This document shows, one piece after another, positions 53,101 through 64,000 of a DNA stretch of 64,000 nt. A model generated the notes under the pieces. It searched no databases. It saw nothing but the letters and a program-made list of their open reading frames with translations, and was not told the origin of the DNA. Location: NCBI GenBank assembly GCA_002633005.1, contig NMRA01000123.1:584656-648655 (forward strand), in the 5' to 3' direction. The DNA comes from Phoronis australis (lineage: Eukaryota > Animalia > Phoronida). The first letter of the stretch is position 1. The number at the start of each line of letters is the position of its first letter. The position numbers and the translations under genes are program-made.

Positions 53101-55767
53101 GTGATTTACGGCGGATCATTTTCGACACAAACTCCTTCTTGAAAATATGATAATTTTCAACTTACTTCCTATTCAAATCTTGGCTATATGTTGTGTTTCT
53201 AACTAATTTGACCAAGCAATCATAAGTGTGTTGTCGCGATCTACCCTCTGTCGTTGATATTTTAACTTGTTTATATTTGCGCTCATGTTCTAGTATTTTC
53301 CACGGAAGTCGTCACTTCACAAACGACCATGTCTCCGGAAACGACGAAAAGTTACACGTCAGTCAGTAGAACCTTTACGGCACTAGCAACAACCTCGGAA
53401 AATATAACAGAGACGCCAATTACTAAAAAACCAATTTTGCTAACTTCCGAATCCAATCTGCAAACGTCGCCACAAACAGCTGTCAACAATGGTTCTCGAC
53501 ATCGTACACCAAAGACTCGGTCAGATCAGACGAAAGGTATGGACCTGTTTAGTACTTCCTCCGTTTGCCGTTCACTAACATAGTTACCGTTGCCAGCGAT
53601 ATTGGTAATAAAGGTGTTTAGCAGGTAATGTTTTACCTACCCTTACGAAAGTAGTTAATACTGTGCGCTCTCTCCACAATGTATTTGTTTCACTACATCG
53701 CCGGAAGTTGAACAGAAGTAATAGATGAACAACAGTCACTTTATTAAAGCTCTAAAACAACTTTTCCAGGAGATGGCGCCGTAAGTCATGTGGTGGGTGG
53801 CATCGTCGGTGGAAGTGTTGTACTCTGCGCCATTATTGTCGGTCTCGTTTATGGTGTAAAAAGGAGGTACTGCTCTACTTACATGCAAGTTGCACAAAAG
53901 CCTGGACAATGGAAGAGATAGAAATTTTCAACCTATAAAGCTATCTAGTAATCAAAACCTATATTAATTAATTGTTTAGATTAAACAGTTGGTCTGATAG
54001 TGCTTTCACTCAGAATAGAAATTATTTCTATGCTTGGAAAAAGTGATAGTTCGTTATACGTAAGATGTTAAATGATCAACCGGGCCAAGTAAATTGGCGA
54101 TTTATAGGTTAGTGAAGAAATGATGTTTTTTATTTCTTGAAGCCTTGCTCATCGCTTCAAATAGTCTGGTTAAGCCAACTTGTGCTTTGTTTTAAGCAGT
54201 AACTTGTCATCAGTTCTACTCAAGCCCTGGAATCATTTGACTTATGCACAAATTAGCTTTATTATGTGGTTTAAATCGCAAGTTACATGTATTTCCTTGT
54301 AGATGTGACCGAATATTTAAAACTAGCCTTCTCATTCTGGGTCACATTGTTGACTTGCTGTGAAAAAATCATGTTCCACGTGGCACGACTGGGGATGAAT
54401 TGATAAATTTGTGGCGGACACACTATAAGGCACGGTACATTTATCGCAAAAAAATTCCCTTCAATTTGCCTGCTAAAAACACAGGTACGGCAACACCTCT
54501 ACACTTAAAACTTGGGAGCAGCTCTGCCTCCCCCACCCACCAAATACGAAAGCAGTGTAAGGGAAGGTACGTGTTCCCACTAATTTTCAGACGCGCAGCC
54601 TTTGTGGCGATCGGCATTGGCGTTGGGTGGGAAAGTGGGGTTGGCTGGGGCGGTCAAGAAAAGAAAAACACAGCAAAGCATGTAGAAGAGAGGAAAAAAG
54701 CCAATCATTAGGAAGTGCAAAACTGTATTTCCCAAAAAGAGACCTTTCTTTTTTCGTTTAATTCGAAGCAAATTTCAGCTGGCAAATATTCCGGAAGAAA
54801 ACGAGGAAAATTCAAATTGCTCATGAGAACCACAGACGAGTATGTTCATGCGAAGCCCAGCAATATCATTCTCCACGCAGCTCAAACGATCAAATCGTGA
54901 GATTGTAATGAAACACAAAAATAGCATCGACGGGAATCGAAATATAAAACATCACTATTTGTGAATTAATTAAAGGTATTTTTGGTTTTATCACGATAAG
55001 GTATAGCTCTTTTTCTCCACGCCTGTGGCGAGAGGAGTGAGAAATTGGCGACTACCGAAGTGGTGCGAAAAGATGTTGATGACCCATCTCCATTCCCACG
55101 AGTTAGCTTAGGAGACCAAGGGGGAACAGTGGAAACACTCTCGCAAACTGTCTTATGCCTTTGCATAATATTTTCTAGGAAAGCAGGACATGGTGCCCCA
55201 CAAGCTAAGGTGCAGCAGTTTTCAAACGATGCCTACGAACTCGATGTCCACGTTTATGAAGGTGTGAACGACGACCGTACTGGGTTTCAGCCAACGAATA
55301 GGCCTACAACGGAAAGTAAACCCATCGGTCAGGAGGGCTATTACAACTACACGCGCGAACAATTCCCCGATAGTCAGCGGACGAAAAAACACGATCAAGA
55401 TGGCGACGTGGAAGTGACAGAAAATGGAGTTGGTAGTGTCGAAGAGTGGGTGAATAACGACATTTACGCTTTGGAACCAGAAAACGTCAGCAACGCTGAG
55501 CAGACGAAATGGCACGGACGTGATGAAGTGGATTGGGCAGAAAACGACATTTATGAAGTAGAAGATGGTTCCATCAAAAGAAATGCTCAAACGGAAGAGG
55601 CGAATAGTGGTGCTAACTTTTCCAAACAATCAAAGCGACCTGATTTTGACTACGGTCAGCAAACGATATCTCCCGAGTCAGACCGAGACGTGGAATGGGA
55701 GGAAAATGTTATTTATGATGTTGACGACCGGCCAACAAGGAACGATGACTCTGAAACGCATGCTTAA
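28358..55767 (+). CDS. Type I membrane protein: signal peptide, 3 CUB domains, S/T-rich stalk, TM helix, acidic tyrosine-motif tail (7 exons, 699 aa)
   Basis: Exons 28358-28418, 40867-41232, 42190-42564, 52005-52373, 53294-53536, 53770-53866, 55179-55767 (2100 nt). All GT-AG with consistent phases (1,1,1,1,1,2). CUB hallmarks: G-x-I/V-x-S/T-P/E-NYP-x2-Y, C...D-x-L/V-x-I, FCG, F-x-SD...GF. Confidence 0.88.
30705..32243. mobile_element. Non-autonomous Kolobok-like DNA transposon
   Basis: TTAA|AGAAGAATGCCACCC ... GGGTGGCATTGTCCT|TTAC: 13/15 TIR, AG..CT termini, TTAA-type target; internal short ORF containing YQFEPE (31792-31953). Confidence 0.6.
32539..35700 (+). repeat. Near-identical direct duplication (offset 1640 bp) split by a single N at 34178
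   Basis: 32539 onward equals 34179 onward, with scattered SNPs and microsatellite length differences. Confidence 0.9.
33210..40023 (+). mobile_element. Helentron-associated (HINE/DINE-1-like) tandem array
   Basis: 5' hairpin ACTCTGCGC-GTGCAA-GCGCAGAGT (several copies); (TAT)n and (TTCTTA)n microsatellites; ~0.4-0.55 kb core repeats; 3' ends with sub-TIR GCGCAGAGT, a hairpin and CTAGTT at ~37262, ~38248, ~39290 and 40023 (ATTGTCA-TGCCG-TGACAAT hairpin). Confidence 0.75.
40867..41232 (+). CDS. CUB domain 1 exon
   Basis: CG...GNITSPNYPRPYGNSRTC...CYDYLVI...RFCG...FYSD...GFKVRF; TTTCAG/GTAAG boundaries. Confidence 0.92.
41590..41721 (-). repeat. Inverted copy of the GC-rich MITE at 27.5 kb
   Basis: Reverse-complement match to 27473-27550. 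Confidence 0.6.
42190..42564 (+). CDS. CUB domain 2 exon
   Basis: GYIVSENYPSNYENNKDC...LTFEYINLE...CSDWVVI...GFRVTY; TTGCAG/GTAGGT boundaries. Confidence 0.92.
43963..47265. mobile_element. Harbinger-type MITE, halves at 43963-44175 and 46849-47265 (split by assembly)
   Basis: TIR GGCCCGGTCTCCAATCTCCGTACTCAGACTC, 3-bp TSD CAG; empty site AACATCAGGTTTG at 46381-46393; internal TACTC/GAGTA repeats. Confidence 0.85.
44177..45153 (-). mobile_element. 5'-truncated Penelope-like retroelement ORF with OTU-like N-terminal region
   Basis: Uninterrupted 316-aa ORF running into an N. WATQAEIFATCTLFHKDIYV...LLLHRNNHFN resembles the C-terminal half of OTU; VVNLSNHNLTESEVSLLSKGLNFCPT...DIYTFARRLRLAAYF resembles the pre-RT region of Penelope-like elements. 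Confidence 0.7.
50122..50530. repeat. GC-rich short-unit repeat / MITE (GGTACTGGGCCRGTACC units)
   Basis: Repeated GTACTGGGCC(G/A)GTACCAG..TTTGT..CG units, with ACCAGCAAATACC...GGTAGCTGG end-like motifs. Confidence 0.55.
52005..52373 (+). CDS. CUB domain 3 exon
   Basis: GYVVTPNYPGKYPNSKDC...FETFDLE...CKYDSVKI...FCG...FHSD...GFKMRF. Confidence 0.93.
53294..53536 (+). CDS. Ser/Thr-rich stalk exon
   Basis: Phase 1-1 exon with TAG/GTATGG boundaries; STEVVTSQTTMSPETTKSYTSVSRTFTALATTSENITETP... Confidence 0.8.
53770..53866 (+). CDS. Transmembrane exon
   Basis: DGAVSHVVGGIVGGSVVLCAIIVGLVYGVKRR: hydrophobic helix followed by a basic stop-transfer; TTCCAG acceptor. Confidence 0.88.
55179..55767 (+). 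CDS. Cytoplasmic tail exon
   Basis: Phase-2 acceptor TTTTCTAG; 195-aa acidic ORF ending SETHA-stop. Confidence 0.85.
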
Positions 55768-57756
55768 TGTCATTTGTGGAACCGTTCAATCAAGTGTTTA
55801 TATACATTGGCTTGGAACATAGAAATTTGGCCCTGTATTTCTTCTGTATCCGGTTATTCGTTAGTAAGTTTGATGTTTCAACCGCTGCAATGATGTGGCT
55901 AGTCACGATTTCTCACTATTTATGGTATCGACATTTTGAACTGCTCAGTGTCAGGTTTGTCCCTTTGACCTCAGAGCATTTTAATTTAGAAGTCTGTTTC
56001 GAGCTTGAAGAAAGCAGTTTGTTGCAGCTGCTATTCTTTTATGGCTTAAAAGCTTAAACATCTATCTGTCTGAATACAGATTTGATCAATAGTGGCATCG
56101 ATTCTAGTGATGTTCCTTGGTCTGCGTGCTCACTGAAGCACACTTGTGCACTACTGGTTCTTCAAAATACGACACCTCGCCTTGTTTTGGGTGTCGAGTT
56201 ACTTGGTGGAAAAACTTGCTGACTGAATGAAGTAACACAACGAGGTGTTCAAGCAAGTAGAAATGTTTAGGTCTTTTACCTCAGTACCTCTACACGTGTT
56301 ATGCACTTCAGAAATACACATGCAAGTTAAAGAAGTGTGGAACGCCAAATCTCGTCAAAAATATGCTTTAAATAACTACTGACCAAGGTAGCATCTCACA
56401 ACGTTTGGTAAAGAGTAATTCGCGTTTCTCCTGTGAGGAAATTAACAGAAAAAAGTCACAAAATTCACGATTTTTGAAATACGCGGGAAGGGAAAACTCT
56501 GTGGTAACCTCCCTCCCACTTATGATAAATGCGCGCATGCGGTCACACTTACTTGCCTGAAGTCACTTGAGGTCAGAGGTCACATTTTCCATACAAGAAA
56601 AGTGCTACGTGTAAATCTTGCTATACCAAGGAGACGTGCTTTGCCTTGCGGGAGAAAAATTGACGAAGTGGCGACCAGTTGAGAGAACGTTTTTTGAAAC
56701 TTGAACAAAAGTCAATGCTTTGGATATCAGCATAAATTAAAAATTTTTGCGAGCAAACCCTAAAACTACCTGGTGAGCTGGTGTCAGAACTACTTTCAAT
56801 GTTGCACTTTAGTCTGTTCATCGGGTTACAGGCCTCCTTTAAGTGAAGTGTATATTAAATGTGCCCGTACAAACTTTGACAAATGACCATTATACTTGTC
56901 CATTGGTGTGATGTATGATGCTCCTATTGATCAACTTTAAAGTTTTGGCTTGTAAACCTTTACTTGAAATATTTTGTTGTCAATTTATATTAATACATTT
57001 TATTTTATTATTGCTATCTATATGGCATTCCAAACAGCCCATAATATTATACCGCATCCTGAATTTGTGTTTTCCGCCTCCATTGACGTAGTGAAAGAAA
57101 AATTGGTTTTGTGGAAAAGTATCTTTCAACAATTTCATTCGTTTATGTGTGTGGTACAGCTTAACATGATGTGTAGTAGTGTCTAAAAATTTCCCAGGTC
57201 TGCTGTCTTCAGCCTCTAAAAATGTGGTATTTGTTGTAAAACAAAAATGTAGAATGAAATTCAAATAGTAAGTATTTGGATCACCCTTATACCCTGTTTG
57301 GATCATCCTTATACCCTGTTTGCAGTAGGACCTGAGTAATAATACTGGTGTCAATGGTCGACTTGCCGACACATCAGACAAGTCTGTAATAAAAAAACAC
57401 AAGTTCAGTTTCCCGAAATTCAAGCGCTATCTGTCGCATTTACACGCAGCAACAGCTCCGCCTCTCAGGGCACGATCACTCAGCCTTACTTCGCGAAAAT
57501 ATTACTGACGTAGAGTAGCAGAATGACAGCAACTTATGTGGTTAGTTGGCGAAGGTCGAATGTCGAAACTCTCTGCTTCAGTTCTCGCTGTGCCTCGCGA
57601 GAGTTTTGCGTAACCAAACACACCTATGATTGATTTGTGCTCATGTACTAGTAGCAGCTCACTTGTCTTCATTATAAAGATGGAAGACTTGCGTGACTTA
57701 GAGGTTTCATGACTAGGTTCAGGCCACTATGAAGATGTTTTTTTCAAAATATCCAG

Positions 57757-57901
57757 GGGCCGCTTTATGAGATCTTAAAGGTTTAGACTATGAAACGGTC
57801 TTTTTGAATTTTCGTCTTGTCCCGACTTTCGGTCTTTTAAAGTTAAACGAATGTTTGGTCTTAAACCTTAAGTCCTAAGTCCGTTTCCATGAAACGCGCC
57901 C
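57757..57901. mobile_element. Small Harbinger-like MITE
   Basis: GGGCCGCTTTATGAGA ... TTTCCATGAAACGCGCCC imperfect TIRs. Confidence 0.35.
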
Positions 57902-59904
57902 ATGGTTTCTAGTGGTCAGTAATGGATTTTTACCTATCTGTTGATAAGTTTCGACTACATCGCCTCGGCAAAGATCTAACTAAGGCAGCTGCAGCTTTTT
58001 CTTCCTCTCAATGATAAATATCAGGCCCTGGTTTTATTAGAAACTAACGGTGTTTTGTATTCCTGGAAACTCAAAGTGTTTTATGCAAAGCACAAAGGGT
58101 AAATATCCTTGTCGAATCTAAATGGAATAGCAAAGAAACATCACATGAACTTTCTCAGCCTCTTCACAACTGACAGTCTGAAACCTTAGCACGCTTTACC
58201 TAACGCTCGCCTTTCATTCCGCCAACTGTATTACGTTGTCGGCTTACCGGTAATGAGTAGATTTTAGATTTTTAGGACCGTTCACTCTTCTGGTTTAAAA
58301 TTGCATGGGTGTCCCAGAGGCTCGATCTGATGTGAATTTAAACTAAACTTAAAATGGGTTATGTCTGGAAATGTATTTGACTGTCATTTATTCGCTATAG
58401 GTTAGAATCGTTGAATGAATAGTATGCTTTCGCCCCGATGACTAACCTCACCAGATCAGACTACTCTTTGTAAGTTTTGTACATTCATAGTTCTGGTTGG
58501 TTCAGATTTTAAATAACGATAAATTAGCATCCATTGTTTGTTTAAGGGAAACCACTCTTGGTGGTTGACAGTAGAGTTTTAAGCTCACGGTAAACGTTTT
58601 GGTTTTATTTTTGTGTTAAAATCTTGTATTGAACTCTTTAAAGAGGAATTGTTAATGGTCGAGTTACAAATAATATTTTTGGAATCACCAATCTAGATGC
58701 CTAATATACATGTATATTTGTGAACTAGTCGGGTAGATTCCAGAAAATTCTAGAGTGTGTCTAAATTGGTGAAAAGTTCCAGAACGTTGCAAAAGACTGT
58801 GAACAGGAGTTAATTATTGAATAATTGAACGAGTGAGGTAGTTGCTGAAAGTGGCTCAAGAATTCATCACAAGTCAGGGTTTCGCTGGACTTACTGGCGG
58901 GAGCCGTCGGACGTTATGTTTACAAACACTTGAGTTCGTGTACGTAAAGTGAGTTAACTCGAACTGTCCTTCATTGTATCCTGGAACCTGGCAAAGAACC
59001 GGAAACCAGAGCACCAAAATGCGCTCGCGTAAACGTGAAAAACTGTCTAGTTTCAATATTTTTTACGAACCCAATGAAGAATGGAATTCACAGAATCGTT
59101 AGTTTCAGTGCGCATTGTCCTGCTACGTCTTCTAACCAAACAAAAAATATTTGGTGGCTTCAGTTCAGACTTTTGACAGAAATATTGACAACGGCTCATT
59201 ATTTTTTAATAATTCAAGTTAAGGATGATGACTTGCCGCTATTGTGTGGACGACTAAAACAGACATTGAAATTGTGGGCAAGCGTTTGTTATGAAATTTT
59301 AAACAAAGTCATTTCCCGATGTTTTGGCAGACTCTTCTGACTGAGAAAGACGAAAATCCTTAAAAATATTCTTCAATTAGGACAACAATTTACTCATCGC
59401 CAAAAGTTCGAGTGCTAAGTTATTTAGTTGTGTAAATTAAAAAAGAATTATCAAAATCGGACAATGTTTGAGAAATTTATGCATGTTTTTGTCTATGAAT
59501 TTCATGCAGTTTTAGCGTTACGAGGGGCCATTTTAAAAAATTACAATTTTCAACTGTCAACAGTAGAAAAGAAGTTTATTTTATTAAGTAAGCAATTGCT
59601 TTAATGACTGGGAATAACTTGAGTCACTTTCAGAATCACTTAGACGAAGTTGACCTTAATCATTGAAAAATGGCAGGGTTCATCATAAAACAGGAACTCG
59701 TTACGAAATTTGTGAATTCTGCGTTTCTAACCTTCACCTACTGTAAAGAGGGTTAAAAACTAAAGTTCACACTCTGTAATAAAAAGAACTGTAGAATACG
59801 TTAGCCTAAGCAACACAGCAAATTATTAAATATCTAAACAAACCAAAAGTGTGGATATTGACTGGGTTCTGCTATGGTGAAAATGGGCCAAAAACGCTAA
59901 CAAA

Positions 59905-60740
59905 ATGTAGTGTACGTACACCCATGTGGAATTCAATATCGCAAATGGTCATTGCAAATGATATTATTGCCCTTTAAATGACAACACGGTGCTTTTATCA
60001 CCGAAGAAAAATAAATGGCCATACAACATTATGTTACCACGTGATGCAGAAACAGTGATGTAGTGTACGTACCCCCAAGTTTACAAATGCCATGAAATTA
60101 ATATATCACTTGGTAAGTGAGCAACATTGGTCATAGACAGTTTCCTTCCTTAAAAATGTTAGGTTAAAAGGGTGTTTATTGCAAATACATTTGTTTTGAG
60201 TGAAATATTAACATTTGCGCAGTGTACGTAACCCCACATTTGATTTGTGCCTATTTTCAAAGTATGGCAAATATGCACATGAATGCTGTGCTTTTTATTC
60301 TTTTCTCTTTGAATTGATTTAGTAAATCAACTAACTCTCAGTAGATTCTTAGTATTTAGTTACAAACCTGACATGTCATTGAAATGTAGTGTACGTACCC
60401 CGATGTGAACAAATACCATGAAACAAAAATATTACACGGTAAGTATGCAACATTTGTCACAGACAGTTTCCTCTATTAAAAATGCTAGGTTAAAAGGGTG
60501 TTAATTACAATTGCATTTGTTTTGAGTGAAATATTAGCATTTGTATAGTGTACGTACCCCTATATTTTAACATGTGCCTGTTTTCAAAGAATGACAGACA
60601 CATATACACATTTATGCTGTACTTTTTGTTTGTTCTTTTTGAATAGATTTGGTAAGTGAACTAACTCTCAGTAGATTCTAAGTACTTTTATAACCCTGAC
60701 CAGTCGTTGAAATGTAATGTACTTACCCCTATGTAGAGTA
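59905..60740 (+). repeat. Tandem repeat, ~163-bp monomers organised as ~327-bp dimers, each marked by TAGTGTACGTACCCC
   Basis: Motif at ~59908, 60061, 60221, 60388, 60547, 60715 (also ~61068, 61439); 60061-60387 aligns with 60388-60714. Confidence 0.8.
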
Positions 60741-61641
60741 CGTATCTCCAACCTCTATGCTATAAAGTATTGCCCAAATATTTTTACATAGTGCTGTTCT
60801 CATGAACAGTACTGATATTTCCAAAATGCATCCTGTCTGACAAAACAAAAAACAATGGACATTATTAAATTTGTGGGAAATAAAAAACACACAGGTCTTG
60901 GCTAGTAACATCCTAAGAGACATGTCATGTGACAACTGATGTTGCAGAGGCAGGTTCTATATCTCTCAGGACAACTTGCAACATAACAACTTCTAGAGGC
61001 AGCACAAAACTCAAGATCATCCAATACATTTGTAACTCAGTCAAATTTTGACGTTGATTGACTGTGCGTAGTCTACGCACCCCCCAACCAGTACCATTTT
61101 TACTGTTTACAAGCTGTACACTGGACCTATCATTGTTTTAACTATTTTGACCAACTGGTGAATGTGTTGAAAACTAGGCAAAAAGCTCCAATAAAGCTTT
61201 TGAAAAAAGTAGTTACCTGTCATTTTCTTTTTGTAAGAATCATATTGCAAGAGAAGAAGTTCTCATTATACTGTGTTAAGACATGCAATGTATCATCATC
61301 TAAAACAACTTGATCAGCACGGTAATAACTTTTTTTACTTTAGTAAGTGATACTTCTTCAATTTGATCAAGAACTTACTAAATTAACAGCTACCTTATGA
61401 ATTGTTGCATGATAGGTGTGGGCTGTGACCACAAGTTGTAGTGTACGTACCCTTTTATTCAACTGCAATGCATTAGGCCATAAAATTTTATTAGGTGGTT
61501 CTTGTGCAAAAACTTGATTACAAACTTGGAATGATGGTATTTTATAATAACTCAGCTTTTACAGTTATATGACAACCTTCATTTTTCACCAAAAGTGGCC
61601 ACCGAATATGGACCTTGATTGTGATTTGTCCGCCAACACTG

Positions 61642-61789
61642 TGATGCATTAAGGAGAACGTTAATATTCGTGGCAATATGACATACCGATTTGACAACTG
61701 ATTGATATGTCTCTATGATGCATTAAGGAGAGCGTTCATATTCATGACAATACGATATGCCGATTTGACAATTGATTGATATGTCACTG
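61642..61789 (+). repeat. 74-bp tandem duplicate resembling the HINE core
   Basis: TGATGCATTAAGGAGA..GTT.ATATTC repeated at 61642 and 61716; similar to TGATGCATTAGGGAGAGCATTTATATTC at 33991. Confidence 0.6.
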
Positions 61790-62664
61790 TCAATATGCTT
61801 TTATTTCATCTTGTTCAATCTGAAGTGAAATCAGCCCAATTTATCAGTAAGAACAAATTAAAAATTCATTGTTCAGTTTTTCCTGAACCTTGCCCAGGTT
61901 GGTGGCTTTGACCCTGACAAATAGCAGTCGTACGTTAGTCATCAAATAGCGATTTTATAATTATATAAACTTATGTTGATAGCGTACTTGGGAACCTAGT
62001 TTTCAAAGGGGAAGTTTCAGTATAAAAATCCGTCCAAGAGTGTTTTGTTCTCAATTGAAAGTTTTTATAGCTCCTGTAAACAAGCCACCAATATGCATTA
62101 TAACAAGCGTTATTTTGTGTGATACTGGCTGGTCATTGACCATAGGACCAAGACTAAATCTTGCGTAAGTGACACCTTTCAACTAAGAATTTGGACGACA
62201 TTAGAAAATTCTATCTTAAAACCTCTGCACCAACCAAGAGTCCTATCCCTTAGGTGTCCGTAGTTGGTGACACTCCCGTTTCATAGGTGGTTTTGCTTGG
62301 TCTGGCGTGATCTTGGTTTTCGGTTCCCAGGTGTATCAAGTCTACGAAACTCACAGCAGAGAAGGCAACGACGAATTTGATAAGTTTATGTTTTCACAAA
62401 GAAGTATACGACACTTGCCCATTCTTTCACAAAATTGACCACCTCTGGACACCGTTACATGTTCATGGCATGCACTTTCTTTGTTTGGGCTTTGGTATTA
62501 TAACTGTGTTCTTATCGATGAATGTACGATGTCCGTCACTTTTTTCGACAAACTAATACTAATGCCACGTCACAGGGTGGCAGCTTTAGTAATAGCCATA
62601 GACCTTCGAAAATATGCTTGACGTTGTTAGTAATACATTAGCGTGAGAGACATTTGATAATTAG

Positions 62665-63570
62665 GGTGTGCGGCTTAGGCAACATCATATCCGGATTTCT
62701 CGGTGGTGAAGGTGGAACTATTACTTACAGCGCAAATATTGGCGCCATTTCTGTAACTCGTGTAGCCAGACGCCGAGTTATACTAAGTGCGGCCTTTATG
62801 TGTATTGTGCTAGCTTGTATTGGTAAAAGTGGAGCCCTGTTTGTGGTAATACCAGTTCCTGTGATCGGTGGACTATTGTTTTTCTTGTGTGGTAAGGTTT
62901 TATGCGACATACACACATGAAGTTATATTCTGGTAGGATAATTGGTCCAGGGTGCCTCTGCACGTTGTGTTACAAAAGCAAAAATCATTTGCTTACATTG
63001 TCAAAACACTTTGAGACTCCCTTAAAGGCGTTGTCAGTCTCGCTGAAATTTCCGATATTACGCACAGTTTACTGAGTGAACAGAGTGCAAAGGCAATCAT
63101 CGCATTATTTGTTACATCTGCATTTTATAATCAACTGGAATAATCTACATTGTTCTAAAACAAAACTAATCAATGATTATAGAAGACATCTAAATAAAAA
63201 TTATTTTGCTTGACTATTCTCACGCCATTGGCCCCCGCATGAAGAAGTATTGTCAAGGTACTGAAACTTAGGATTTAGGATATGTGTAGATCTATGAGCA
63301 TAGCTGTAAAAGATGTGTGCTTTTTACAAGAATAGGAACTGAATCTTAGCTGCTTGCAAGAATGCTTTCCATATCAAAAATGTAGCCGAAAAAAAGCTGA
63401 AAATTAGGATTTACTGTCTTTTATAGGTTTAGTTGTGGCGTTTGGTCTTTCAAACTTACAATAAGCGAATTTGAATTCTCCCCGACATCTGATTATAGTT
63501 GGATGTTCGTTTTTCTTCGCCCTCAGTCTTCCACACTGGATAATGAAAAATGGAGACCAACTTAAAACAG
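62665..63570 (+). pseudogene. SLC23/nucleobase-ascorbate transporter (NAT) gene fragment, two exons, in-frame stop
   Basis: Exon ~62665-62891 encodes GLGNIISGFLGG...SANIGAISVTRVARRRV...GKSGALFVVIPVPVIGG (NAT signature region). Exon 63427-63570 encodes GLVVAFGLSNLQ-TAA-ANLNSPRHLIIVGCSFFFALSLPHWI...TG, with TAA at 63462-63464. I recognised no upstream SLC23 exons in 56-62.6 kb. Confidence 0.8.
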
Positions 63571-64000
63571 GTACGTATCTCTAAGGGCCTATCATCCACA
63601 ATTAAATAAAGCTTTTCATAAATTACTCTTGGGAGCAAGACTTTCGGCCATGGTTTCAACCTTGGGCTGCGTCCTGTAGATCCAAGACACTGTTCATGTA
63701 GTTGCGGCGAGAAAATCCCTTATGGACCGGAAACAGTGAATTCTATCCATAATTTAAAATTTCTGTCCGATAATCCAACACTTCAACCTGACCGACCGAG
63801 CACATCAATGGCCGCCATTTTGAAGTGTTACGCGAGTCAAGTCCAAGCATACTCGCTGTACATATACCTCTCACTCGCGTGAGTTCTCGAAGTCTTGCAT
63901 GAATTTTGTGCGAGGTTCTCGGGTCTACGGAACGCTGCTCTGGCTCTGTAGTGGTCAGGTGACCGGGAAATCTCGAATCTACCGAGACAATGTTACTCTA

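Noticed and set aside
55045-55178. N-terminal part of the 240-aa ORF as coding sequence
   Set aside because: Lies upstream of the phase-compatible acceptor at 55178; intronic read-through of the frame
56327-56842. Second Kolobok-like MITE (TTAAAG...CCTTTAA)
   Set aside because: The TIR match beyond the first few bases is too weak to call
56980-57423. 147-aa minus-strand ORF
   Set aside because: No recognisable motif and no partner exons
58700-58870. TCTAGA/TTCCAGAA-rich stretch resembling a solo LTR
   Set aside because: No TG...CA boundaries, TSD or second copy identified

Overview
Eukaryotic (animal, probably invertebrate) genomic DNA with GT-AG introns and many transposon relics. I assembled three intact spliced genes by hand, all with consistent exon phases. 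(1) A 10-exon, 411-aa aldose 1-epimerase/galactose mutarotase (GALM-like; minus, 1079-13998) that unusually carries a predicted signal peptide plus a pro-segment ending in RERSSR. (2) A 6-exon, 181-aa class II ADP-ribosylation factor (ARF4/5-like; minus, 16848-25012). (3) A 7-exon, 699-aa type I membrane protein (plus, 28358-55767) with signal peptide, 3 CUB domains, S/T stalk, TM helix and an acidic tail with repeated W-x-x-N-x-I-Y motifs. Two exons of an SLC23/NAT transporter with an in-frame stop lie at 62.7-63.6 kb. Introns hold a Helentron/HINE-like tandem array, a Kolobok-like element, a decayed Academ transposon, a Harbinger-type MITE, a 5'-truncated Penelope-like ORF with an OTU-like domain, a tRNA-derived SINE and several MITEs. 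Two apparent duplications bounded by single Ns look like both haplotypes assembled in tandem, exposing polymorphic insertions. All family assignments come from motif recognition; no searches were run.
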